A stretch of 13,634 nucleotides of DNA from Armatimonadota bacterium (GTDB lineage Bacteria; Vulcanimicrobiota; JACPDS01; JBDRKI01), in contig JBDRKI010000076.1 in assembly GCA_043814095.1 (NCBI GenBank), forward strand, positions 1-13,634, read 5' to 3'. Under the pieces are notes generated by a model, which saw only the letters and a list, made by a program, of their open reading frames with translations, was not told where the DNA came from and made no database searches. Shown in pieces: positions 6,146 through 13,634 of the stretch (the stretch's first letter is position 1; each line of letters starts with the position of its first letter). A program made the translations under genes and the position numbers.

Positions 6146-8620
6146 TTATCTAAAATTTACTCTTTTAATCTGTTCTATTTTGTCCGGGTTTACCCCTAGT
6201 ATGTCAAGAATATCCGAAGGCTTGCAGCCGCCCTCATTGGAAAGACACAGGCTGATATAAAGTTTGGGAGAATCATTACTGTCAATATATTTAATATTGT
6301 TTAATACTTTATCTTTCGGCATTTGTTTCTTTTTTCTTTCTAAAAATATATTCTTTGAGTTAAGCAAACTCTCAATTGCCGCATTAATACCGATTATACC
6401 ATTTTTTAAGGCAACTTCATAATCTACGGTCTTAAAACTCTGCATTAAAGAAGGAGTTTTTAAATCCACCTTTTCTATATCCAGGACTTTAAACCCCTCG
6501 GGAAACTGCTTGATTAAAAGCTTATTTATATCCTGCGGGTTAACCTCTCTTAGCAGTTCAATATCAAAATACTCGGCTTCTGAAGTATAAAAAAGGCCCA
6601 GCGGGTGCGACGCGCTTATCTTCATTCTCGGCCGGAATCCCTGCGAATAAGCCACAGGCAAAAACGACCTGTTAACCGCCCTTATAATCGTCTTTAAGGT
6701 ATCCAGGTGGCCTATAAACTTAAGATTGCCGCCTTTGGAATATTTTACCCTGTATTTAAATTTTGCCTGTTTATTATCTGTTTCGGTGATTTTAATCTCT
6801 ACCGGATCAAAATCAATCTTATCTTTAATATCATTTTTAATCTTAAACTCCGTACATATGCCGCAGGAGGCGCAGCCCTCATACCTGCAGTCCCCGGTTA
6901 CTTCAGCCTCCCTGCTTTTTATATCCTCATCCATCAAAAACCGTTTTACCACACCTGTATTTATATGGTCCCACGGGGTAATCCGGTCATATTCTATCCT
7001 CCTTTGATTATATTCTTTAGGGTCTACAGCATTCTCTTTAAAAGCTTCCATCCACTTATCAAAATCAAAATGGTCGCTCCAACCGTCAAACCTGCATCCT
7101 TTCTCAAACGCGGTCTTTACAACCTTAAACAAGCGCCTGTCGCCTCTTGCAAATACACCTTCAAGAAAACTTTGTTTGGGATCATGAAAACTGAACTTAA
7201 TTTTACCGTGCCTTAACCTTTTGCGCAGATATACGATCTTTTCATTAATCTCATCCATGGATGCCTGGCCGCGCCACTGGAAAGGCGTATGAGCTTTCGG
7301 GATAAATGAAGAAACCGAAATACTTAAATTAAATCCCGTTTTTATTATAATTTTCTTAACAAGGTCAACTATGGCGTCAAGATCAGCGGTCTCTTCTCGC
7401 GGGAGGCCTATCATAAAATAAAGCTTGACCTGCTTCCATCCGTACTTTTTAGCCACCTCAAGCGCTTTTAAAATATCTTCTTCGGATATTCCCTTATTGA
7501 TAACATTTCTTAGCTTCTGACTGCCCGCCTCCGGTGCAAAAGTTAAGGAACTTCTTTTCCCCGTGCTTAAAGCACGCGCGAGTTCTCCGGTAAACGCGTC
7601 AAGCCGGAGTGACGGAAGCGAAACGGATATATTCTTCATCTTTTCTTTAATACGCAGGATAAGGGAGACTATACCTGAATAATCGGCGCAGTTTAAACTT
7701 ACGAAAGAAATTTCGTCAAAACCCGTATTTTTAACTGATTCAAGCGCGTACTTTAAAATATTATCAACAGATCTTTCCCTTACAGGCCTGTAAATCATGC
7801 CCGCCTGGCAGAACCTGCAGCCGCGCGCACATCCCCTGAAAATTTCAATAGCTACCCTGTTATGTATGCTCTCCGTGTTGGGAACCACTACTTTTAAAGG
7901 CGGTATAATATTATCAAAACTTTTTATAATCTGTTTTTTAACGCGGCTGTTTTTAATATTCTCAACTTTTTTTATACCGCCGTTATCATCATACTCAAAT
8001 TTATAAAAGCCGGGAACATATATACAGTCATATTCGTTTATTACCGATAGAATCTCTATCTTTTTTCTGCCCTCTGATTTTAATTTTCTCATAAGTTCAA
8101 AAATTTCCACTACTATCTCTTCGGCTTCGCCCACGAATATGAAATCAAAGACTTCGCTCACCGGCTCAAGGTTAAATATGCCCGGTCCTCCGGCGCATAT
8201 TATGGGGTCTTTCTCGCTTCTTTCTGAAGAAGAAAATTTTATCCCTGATAAATTTAAAATATTTAGTATATTCGTAAAATTAAGTTCATACTGTATTGTA
8301 AATCCCGCCACATCAAACTCTTTCAGAGGTTTAAAATTTTCAAGACTCAATAAATGAAGATTCTCTGCTAGTAGCTGCTTTTCCAGATCAAGCCCGGGGG
8401 ATGTAAACCTTTCCGCTATAAAATCATCCTTTTCATTAAAAAGATCATACAGTATTTTCAAACTTAAGCTTGATTCGGCTATGGTATACGCATCAGGGAA
8501 TACAAGCCCGATTTTAAACTTATTTTTATCCCATTGTTTCTTAATTATGTTAAATTCACTGCCTATGTAGCAGGCAGGCTGGTTAACATTTTTTAATAGT
8601 GAAAAATATTTTTCTTTCAT
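6146..8620 (-). CDS. TIGR03960-family (putative B12-binding) radical SAM protein fused to TIGR03936/DUF2344 domain
   Basis: N-terminal P..YIG.E.N and FPD.Y. Radical SAM motif RGCARGCRFCQAG (7808-7831), SLPSLR, LTFAPEAGS.. LR..INK, PKAHTPFQW, and CRYEGCASCGIC. C-terminal YSK.G.LKFIGHLD...LPVAYSQGF.P. Confidence 0.9.
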   Translation of the reverse strand: MKEKYFSLLKNVNQPACYIGSEFNIIKKQWDKNKFKIGLVFPDAYTIAESSLSLKILYDLFNEKDDFIAERFTSPGLDLEKQLLAENLHLLSLENFKPLKEFDVAGFTIQYELNFTNILNILNLSGIKFSSSERSEKDPIICAGGPGIFNLEPVSEVFDFIFVGEAEEIVVEIFELMRKLKSEGRKKIEILSVINEYDCIYVPGFYKFEYDDNGGIKKVENIKNSRVKKQIIKSFDNIIPPLKVVVPNTESIHNRVAIEIFRGCARGCRFCQAGMIYRPVRERSVDNILKYALESVKNTGFDEISFVSLNCADYSGIVSLILRIKEKMKNISVSLPSLRLDAFTGELARALSTGKRSSLTFAPEAGSQKLRNVINKGISEEDILKALEVAKKYGWKQVKLYFMIGLPREETADLDAIVDLVKKIIIKTGFNLSISVSSFIPKAHTPFQWRGQASMDEINEKIVYLRKRLRHGKIKFSFHDPKQSFLEGVFARGDRRLFKVVKTAFEKGCRFDGWSDHFDFDKWMEAFKENAVDPKEYNQRRIEYDRITPWDHINTGVVKRFLMDEDIKSREAEVTGDCRYEGCASCGICTEFKIKNDIKDKIDFDPVEIKITETDNKQAKFKYRVKYSKGGNLKFIGHLDTLKTIIRAVNRSFLPVAYSQGFRPRMKISASHPLGLFYTSEAEYFDIELLREVNPQDINKLLIKQFPEGFKVLDIEKVDLKTPSLMQSFKTVDYEVALKNGIIGINAAIESLLNSKNIFLERKKKQMPKDKVLNNIKYIDSNDSPKLYISLCLSNEGGCKPSDILDILGVNPDKIEQIKRVNFR

Positions 8621-8666
8621 AATTTTTATCTTATTTTTTATTCTGTTATTTCCCTTATAAAATAGA

Positions 8667-8688
8667 AGGGCTGAACATATTCAGCCCT
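8667..8688 (-). terminator. Intrinsic terminator after dnaB
   Basis: 9-bp stem AGGGCTGAA/TTCAGCCCT with a 4-nt loop, followed on the minus strand by TCTATTTT. Confidence 0.7.
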
Positions 8689-8737
8689 ATTATATTAAAC
8701 ATTACTGTTTCTTTTTATATATGTTTTCTTATATATA

Positions 8738-10069
8738 TTAATGAGTTCTGTCCAGATCAATAAACTTTGTATATTCTTTGAAGAAATAAAGCTCAAACCT
8801 TGCAATAGGGCCGTTTCTCTGCTTCGCTATGTTTATCTCGGCTATATTTTTTCTGTCGGAATCGGGATTATAATACTCATCCCTGTATATAAACGCCACA
8901 ACATCCGCTTCCTGCTCAATGGCGCCCGACTCTCTAAGGTCGGAAAGAAGCGGTCTTTTATCGGTTCTTTTTTCAACTTCACGGGAGAGCTGGCTTAGCG
9001 CGACAACGGGTATCTCTAATTCTTTCGCCAAGGATTTAATCTGCCTTGATATCTCCGATATCTCCTGGGTTCTGTTCTCAATGCGGCCGGTGCCTTTTAT
9101 GAGCTGCAGGTAGTCAATCACCAGAAGCTCCAGGCCGAATTTGGCTTTTAAGCGCCTTGCCTTTGAACGCATCTCAAGCAAGGTTAAGCCGGCCGAATCA
9201 TCTATGTAAATCGGAGCTTCGCTTAAGACCGCCATTGCCTTTGTTATCCTGGGCCAGTCGCCGTCTTCAAGGTGTCCTGTTCTTAACCTCTGGGCGTCAA
9301 CACTTGCCTCGGCGCATATCAAACGCTGTACAAGCTGTTCTTTTGACATCTCAAGCGAAAAGACGCCTACCGGTCTTTTTTCTTTTATAGCCGCGTGCTG
9401 TGCGATATTTAAACAAAGAGCTGTTTTACCCATAGACGGTCTTGCCGCTATAACTATAAAATCGGAAGGCTGAAAACCGGCTGTGTAATTATCCAGATCC
9501 TTATAACCGGTAGGGACACCGGTAACATTTGATTTTCTTTCGTAAAGTTCTTCTATTTTCTCAAACGCGCTTGTTAGAATACCTTTAATCGGCAGAAAAT
9601 CGCGCTTTGTTCTGCGCTGTGAAATATCAAATATCATCTGTTCCGATTTATCTATTATTGTCTCAAGCGGGTCTTTAAATTCGTAGCTCATCTGGCTTAT
9701 AGCGGTACCGGCGTATATAAGGTTTCTTAGGTCCGATTTCTCCCTTATGATATTAGCGTAATGTTCAACATTTGCCGCGTTGGGCACCGTGTTTATAAGG
9801 GTTGTAAGATATGAAGCCCCGCCTATCTGGTCAAACTGGCCGCGGTTTTTTAATTCTTCGGACATTGTTATAAGATCTATCGGTTCGCCTTTTTCGTATA
9901 AGTGAATAATCGTGTTGTAAATAATCTGGTGCGCTTCTTTATAAAAATCAGAAGGCTTTATTATTTCTACAACCTTGGAAACTGCGTCTTTTTCAATTAA
10001 TATAGAGCCCAAAGCGGACTGTTCCGCTTCAATGGATTGGGGGGGGATCTTATCTATTGCTAAAGACAT
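8738..10069 (-). CDS. dnaB: Replicative DNA helicase DnaB
   Basis: PPQSIEAEQ, AARPSMGKT, FSLEMS, IDYLQL, LSQLSR, SDLRESGAIEQ, IAKQRNGP. RBS AAGGAG. Confidence 0.98.
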   Translation of the reverse strand: MSLAIDKIPPQSIEAEQSALGSILIEKDAVSKVVEIIKPSDFYKEAHQIIYNTIIHLYEKGEPIDLITMSEELKNRGQFDQIGGASYLTTLINTVPNAANVEHYANIIREKSDLRNLIYAGTAISQMSYEFKDPLETIIDKSEQMIFDISQRRTKRDFLPIKGILTSAFEKIEELYERKSNVTGVPTGYKDLDNYTAGFQPSDFIVIAARPSMGKTALCLNIAQHAAIKEKRPVGVFSLEMSKEQLVQRLICAEASVDAQRLRTGHLEDGDWPRITKAMAVLSEAPIYIDDSAGLTLLEMRSKARRLKAKFGLELLVIDYLQLIKGTGRIENRTQEISEISRQIKSLAKELEIPVVALSQLSREVEKRTDKRPLLSDLRESGAIEQEADVVAFIYRDEYYNPDSDRKNIAEINIAKQRNGPIARFELYFFKEYTKFIDLDRTH

Positions 10070-10078
10070 AAAAGCTCC

Positions 10079-10525
10079 TTACTCCGGCTGGACTTCAACT
10101 TTGATATCAGTAGTTATCCTGGGATGAAACTTTATTTTAACTTCATGAACGCCGAGTGTTTTAATCGGCTGGTTAATATGTATATATCTCTTATCCACAA
10201 TAATACCGAAAGTGCCTGCGATCTGATTCGCAATATCCTGATTTGTAACAGAACCAAACAGTTTCTCAGCTCCGCCTGATTTGCTTTTTATAACAAGGTT
10301 TCTGCTTTTTATTTTTTCCGCGTCAAGCTCAGCCTGGCGGTAAGCCCTGTCTTCTTTTTCGGACAGCTGTTTGTTTTTGCTGGATAAGTCCCTCATATTG
10401 CTCTTATTGGCCGGCACTGCCAGATCTTTCGGCAGAAGAAAGTTTCTTGCGTAACCGTCGGAAACTTTAACAACATCGCCTTTTTTGCCAACTTTCTGCA
10501 CATCTTTTTTCAGAATAACTTCCAT
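10079..10525 (-). CDS. rplI: 50S ribosomal protein L9
   Basis: MEVILKKDV..VGKKGDVVKVSDGYARNFLLP and KLFGSVT. Confidence 0.98.
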   Translation of the reverse strand: MEVILKKDVQKVGKKGDVVKVSDGYARNFLLPKDLAVPANKSNMRDLSSKNKQLSEKEDRAYRQAELDAEKIKSRNLVIKSKSGGAEKLFGSVTNQDIANQIAGTFGIIVDKRYIHINQPIKTLGVHEVKIKFHPRITTDIKVEVQPE

Positions 10526-10555
10526 AAATCACCTCATATAATTTAAGTACGGTTC

Positions 10556-10580
10556 CAGCGCACAGCTATGCTGTGCGCTG
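10556..10580. other. Perfect 11-bp GC-rich intergenic hairpin without U-tract between rpsR and rplI
   Basis: CAGCGCACAGC-TAT-GCTGTGCGCTG. Confidence 0.6.
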
Positions 10581-10598
10581 CGTATCCCATACCTTAAT

Positions 10599-10859
10599 TT
10601 ATGTTGCATACGGAAGCAAAGCAATAGCTCGGGCTCTTTTTATGGCTCTTGTAAGTCTTCTCTGATGTTTTGTGCAATTACCCGTGATTCTTCTTGAAAG
10701 GATCTTGCCTTTTTCGGTCGTATATCTTTTAATCCTGGTTAAATCCTTATAATCAATTACGGTTACTTTATCGGCGCAAAACGCACAAACTTTCCTTCTG
10801 GGCTTTCTGAATCTTACTCTTTCGCCTCTGGGTCTTCTTTCCTGTCTATCTTTCGTCAT
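10599..10859 (-). CDS. rpsR: 30S ribosomal protein S18 (Zn-binding C+ form)
   Basis: [42 protein letters not shown]. Confidence 0.98.
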   Translation of the reverse strand: MTKDRQERRPRGERVRFRKPRRKVCAFCADKVTVIDYKDLTRIKRYTTEKGKILSRRITGNCTKHQRRLTRAIKRARAIALLPYAT

Positions 10860-10882
10860 ACATAACCTCCTTTATCTGCGAT

Positions 10883-11326
10883 CTAAAACGGTACTTCTGC
10901 ACCCGTCTCATCTGATATTTCCACAGGTTCAATATCTTCTGATTTTATATCAGAAGCGGTCTGCGTTGAAGCGACTTCTTCCGCTGTTGCTCCGGCATTA
11001 TAAGATTTAGGCCTGTCAAGCATTTTCATGATGCTTGCCACAACCTCGTAAACCTTTCTTTTCTGGCCGTCATTGGTCTCATAGGAACGGGTCTGCAGTC
11101 TGCCGTCAACGGCGATAAGCTTGCCTTTTGTAAGATAATTGGCGCAAATCTCGGCAAGTTTCTGCCACGCGACGATATTTATAAAATCTGCTGATCTTTC
11201 CTGAGAATCACCGAATTTCGGCCTGTCTACCGCTATGGCAAAATTGACAACCGGCTTGCCGCTCGGGGTATAGCGCAGTTCGGGATCAGCTACAACTCTA
11301 CCGATTAAAATCACTTTGTTGTACAT
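10883..11326 (-). CDS. ssb: Single-stranded DNA-binding protein
   Basis: NKVILIGR..DPELRYTPSG, YL.KG.LIAVDGRLQTRSY, and an acidic tail ending EVPF. Confidence 0.98.
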   Translation of the reverse strand: MYNKVILIGRVVADPELRYTPSGKPVVNFAIAVDRPKFGDSQERSADFINIVAWQKLAEICANYLTKGKLIAVDGRLQTRSYETNDGQKRKVYEVVASIMKMLDRPKSYNAGATAEEVASTQTASDIKSEDIEPVEISDETGAEVPF

Positions 11327-11377
11327 AAATTCTCCTTAAATCAAATTCCGGGCCAAATAATAAATACAAAGCCCGGA

Positions 11378-11659
11378 TTAGTTTTGAAGCATTATGGATC
11401 TTAAAACTTCATCCTGGAGCCCTAAAACTCTGTGGAACTCCTTTGCAAGATCTGATGTTGACCGGAATTTAAAGACTATATAACTGCCTTCTTTTAATCC
11501 TTTAACTTCATAAGCAAGTCTTTTCTTGCCCCAGCGGTCAACTTCAACTACTTCACCGCTACCAGAAGTAACAACATTCGACAGTTTATCTAAAACCGCG
11601 TTCTCCTGCTCTTCGGTAAGGTTAGGATTCAGAATAAAAGTAGTTTCATAACCTCTCAT
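11378..11659 (-). CDS. rpsF: 30S ribosomal protein S6
   Basis: MRGYETTFILNP and WGKKRLAYEV. Start reassigned to ATG 11659 after AGGAGGTG. Confidence 0.97.
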   Translation of the reverse strand: MRGYETTFILNPNLTEEQENAVLDKLSNVVTSGSGEVVEVDRWGKKRLAYEVKGLKEGSYIVFKFRSTSDLAKEFHRVLGLQDEVLRSIMLQN

Positions 11660-11751
11660 AGTGACGAGCACCTCCTTCCTCTGGACTAATGACCTTCCTG
11701 CGTTAAGCGGCGGCCCGCTCAAGCGGAAGGTAGGAAGGCTTTTTAAGCCTT
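11660..11751 (-). ncRNA. S6:S18 ribosomal protein leader (cis-regulatory RNA)
   Basis: In the transcript CCUUCCU (11738-11732) pairs with AGGAAGG overlapping the SD (11680-11674), and ACCUUCC (11731-11725) pairs with GGAAGGU (11698-11692). The 3' bulge CAUUAGUCCAG contains the CCR motif. Located directly 5' of rpsF. Confidence 0.8.
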
Positions 11752-11771
11752 ACATAAAAAAACTTAAATTG

Positions 11772-11800
11772 ATTATATATAAAATATAACATAAGGTCAA
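11772..11800 (-). promoter_or_regulatory. sigma70/sigmaA promoter of rpsF-ssb-rpsR-rplI-dnaB
   Basis: TTGACC (11800-11795), 17-nt spacer, TATAAT (11777-11772). Confidence 0.85.
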
Positions 11801-11809
11801 GAGCCGGCT

Positions 11810-13075
11810 TTAATCTTTATAATATTCAAATTCTTTATCAAACACCCTTACGATATCCCCTTCTTTTATGCCCAGAGCCTCGAGCTTATCCTCAACACCC
11901 ATTCTTTTTAAACGCAGGCGCAGGTATTCCAGGGCCTCATCATTAGACCAGTTAGTCATCTGAACCATTCTTTCAACTTTATCCCCTTCTATAACATAAA
12001 CACCCTTATCTTTATAAACTTTGAGTTTTTTAAATTCTGGAGCTGTAACTTCATAAGTTTTTTCAACTTTGAAATCTCCTTCTTTTTTAATCTCTTTTAC
12101 GACTTCATCTATTAATTTATCCACCCCCGTGCCTTCTTTCGCGGAGATAAAATAAACTTTGATGCCGTGTGTTTTAAATTCTTTTTTAATTTTGTCTTTC
12201 TTATCCTTATATTCTTCCTTATCTATTTTATTAATAACCACAATCTGCTTTTTCTCAGCCAGGGCCTTACTGTAACTCTCAAGCTCGCTGTTCATGATCA
12301 AATATTTTTCATAACTTTCTTTAAGGGTTACATCTGTTAAGTCAAGAAGATGCACAAGCAGCTTGGTGCGCTGGATATGCCTTAAAAATTTATGACCGAG
12401 CCCGGCTCCTTTGTGAGCCCCTTCTATAAGTCCGGGAATATCCGCGAATATTACCGATATTCCTTCTTCGGTTTTCACGACTCCTAAATTCGGCGATAAA
12501 GTGGTAAAGGGATAATCCGCTATGCGGGGCCTCGCGTTTGATATCGCCGAGAGTAAAGTGGATTTGCCCGCATTGGGAAAACCTATAATCCCGACCTGGG
12601 CTATAAGCTTTAATTCCATCCTTAACCATATATCTTTGGTTTTCTGTCCTGTTTCGGCAAAACGGGGGGCTTTTCTTACGCTTGTCTTAAATGTGGTATT
12701 ACCCCGCCCTCCGATACCGCCGTAAGCGGCAATAACCTCTTCCCCGTCTTCGGTAAGATCAGCTATGCATTCACCTGTTTTATCAATGAAAATTAAAGTC
12801 CCCAGCGGAACTTTTATGATAAGGTCTTTGCCTTCCCTGCCGTTTTTATTGGAGCCTTTACCGTGCTGGCCTCTTTCCGCCCTGTAATGAACCGCGTTTG
12901 CAAACTCATGCAGGGAGCTCATCTTTTTATCGGCTTTAAATATAATGCTGCCGCCTTTGCCTCCGTTGCCGCCGTCAGGACCCCCGAAAGGCACAAACTT
13001 CTCCCTGCGGAAACTCATACATCCGTCGCCGCCGTCGCCCGCTTTTATATTTATCTTAGCTTCATCAGTAAACAT
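11810..13075 (-). CDS. obgE: GTPase ObgE/CgtA with C-terminal OCT (DUF1967-type) extension
   Basis: FRREKFVPFGGPDGGNGG, GFPNAGKST, YPFTTL.PNLG, DIPGLIEGA, NKID, and a C-terminal GVEDKL..LGIKEGD.V. Start reassigned to ATG 13075 (MFTDEA) after GGAG. Confidence 0.97.
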   Translation of the reverse strand: MFTDEAKINIKAGDGGDGCMSFRREKFVPFGGPDGGNGGKGGSIIFKADKKMSSLHEFANAVHYRAERGQHGKGSNKNGREGKDLIIKVPLGTLIFIDKTGECIADLTEDGEEVIAAYGGIGGRGNTTFKTSVRKAPRFAETGQKTKDIWLRMELKLIAQVGIIGFPNAGKSTLLSAISNARPRIADYPFTTLSPNLGVVKTEEGISVIFADIPGLIEGAHKGAGLGHKFLRHIQRTKLLVHLLDLTDVTLKESYEKYLIMNSELESYSKALAEKKQIVVINKIDKEEYKDKKDKIKKEFKTHGIKVYFISAKEGTGVDKLIDEVVKEIKKEGDFKVEKTYEVTAPEFKKLKVYKDKGVYVIEGDKVERMVQMTNWSNDEALEYLRLRLKRMGVEDKLEALGIKEGDIVRVFDKEFEYYKD

Positions 13076-13091
13076 ACTTAACTCCAAAATA

Positions 13092-13119
13092 AAAACAGTC
13101 CGCAAAAAGGGACTGTTTT
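13092..13119 (-). terminator. Intrinsic terminator between rpmA and obgE
   Basis: 10-bp stem AAAACAGTCC/GGACTGTTTT with an 8-nt loop. Minus strand continues TATTTT. Confidence 0.75.
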
Positions 13120-13140
13120 AAAAACAAAATAATGCTTGAA

Positions 13141-13422
13141 TTACGCTTTAGACGGAACTACAGTTACAAACTGATTGCCGCGTCTTGAGTAAAACTTAAC
13201 CATGCCGTCGATTGTGGCAAAAATTGTATGATCTTTGCCAATACCGGTATTTAAACCGGATCTAAACTTAGTCCCGCGCTGTCTGACTAAAATATTACCG
13301 GCTCTTACGGTCTGTTCGCCGAATCTTTTTACGCCTAATCTTTGAGAAGCGCTGTCCCTTCCGTTTTTAGTGCTTCCCACGCCTTTTTTACTTGCGAATA
13401 ATTGTAAATCAAATCTAAACAT
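13141..13422 (-). CDS. rpmA: 50S ribosomal protein L27 with N-terminal pro-peptide
   Basis: [58 protein letters not shown]. Confidence 0.98.
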   Translation of the reverse strand: MFRFDLQLFASKKGVGSTKNGRDSASQRLGVKRFGEQTVRAGNILVRQRGTKFRSGLNTGIGKDHTIFATIDGMVKFYSRRGNQFVTVVPSKA

Positions 13423-13448
13423 AATATCCTCCTGTTTACAACGTGCAG

Positions 13449-13477
13449 ATTATAGCATACTGCTATATAAAATGCAA
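13449..13477 (-). promoter_or_regulatory. sigma70/sigmaA promoter of rpmA with extended -10
   Basis: TTGCAT (13477-13472), 17-nt spacer, TGcTATAAT (-10 at 13454-13449). Confidence 0.85.
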
Positions 13478-13584
13478 TACTTTCTTATATATTTCAGGGA
13501 TGAAGAATAAAGGTGTCCATAAATGACATTTTTATCGTATTGGGTAAAAAGTTTATTGGTTAAAAGAGCAACACAAAAGGAAAT

Positions 13585-13634
13585 ATGGCCCCATATTGTA
13601 GAATAGTTATTAAAGACGGCGGAGGAAGGACTGG
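13585..13634 (+). CDS. Possible start of a divergent gene (MAPYCRIVIKDGGGRT...), truncated by the window edge
   Basis: ATG preceded by AAAGGA; open for only 16 codons before the edge. Confidence 0.35.
   Translation, partial: MAPYCRIVIKDGGGRT

Noticed and set aside
6707-7216. 169-aa plus-strand ORF and other antisense or alternate-frame ORFs (e.g. 5134-5541, 453-674, 12390-12629)
   Set aside because: They fully overlap well-supported genes, show no recognisable motifs, and have the composition expected of shadow frames.
8689-8694. TATAAT as promoter for the radical SAM operon
   Set aside because: No -35 at proper spacing, very AT-rich context, and it lies upstream of the terminator hairpin.
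8738-10069. Intein in DnaB
   Set aside because: 443 aa with contiguous helicase motifs; no insertion.
11660-11722. 21-aa extension of S6 or a leader peptide
   Set aside because: The region is explained by the structured leader and SD; S6 homology begins at MRGYE.
13076-13105. Upstream TTG start for obgE
   Set aside because: It lies inside the terminator hairpin; the conserved Obg start is MF.D.
13451-13467. CIRCE element
   Set aside because: Shares TAGCA/TGCTA but lacks the TTAGCACTC-N9-GAGTGCTAA arms and spacing.

Overview
AT-rich bacterial chromosomal window in which nearly all genes lie on the minus strand. In transcription order: rpmA (L27 with a Prp-type N-terminal pro-peptide), obgE, rpsF, ssb, rpsR, rplI, dnaB, a TIGR03960 radical SAM protein fused to TIGR03936/DUF2344, an RNase E/G with a probable C-terminal TRAM domain, a YnbB-like PLP enzyme, an orphan pilT, a HEAT-repeat protein, and the start of an unknown gene. 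Gene features look Terrabacteria/Firmicutes-like (L27 extension, Obg C-terminal extension, Bacillus-like rpsF leader), but the gene order is rearranged. Non-coding signals: two near-consensus sigma70 promoters, an S6:S18 autoregulatory leader with a competing hairpin, and several terminators. The most unusual signal is a 24-bp element shared by the upstream regions of the two accessory genes, built from TGTTAA repeats in exact 11-bp phase (OmpR/PhoP-type operator). In one copy it abuts a hairpin that encloses a -10 box and sequesters the RBS. No tRNA, rRNA, CRISPR array or mobile element was recognised.
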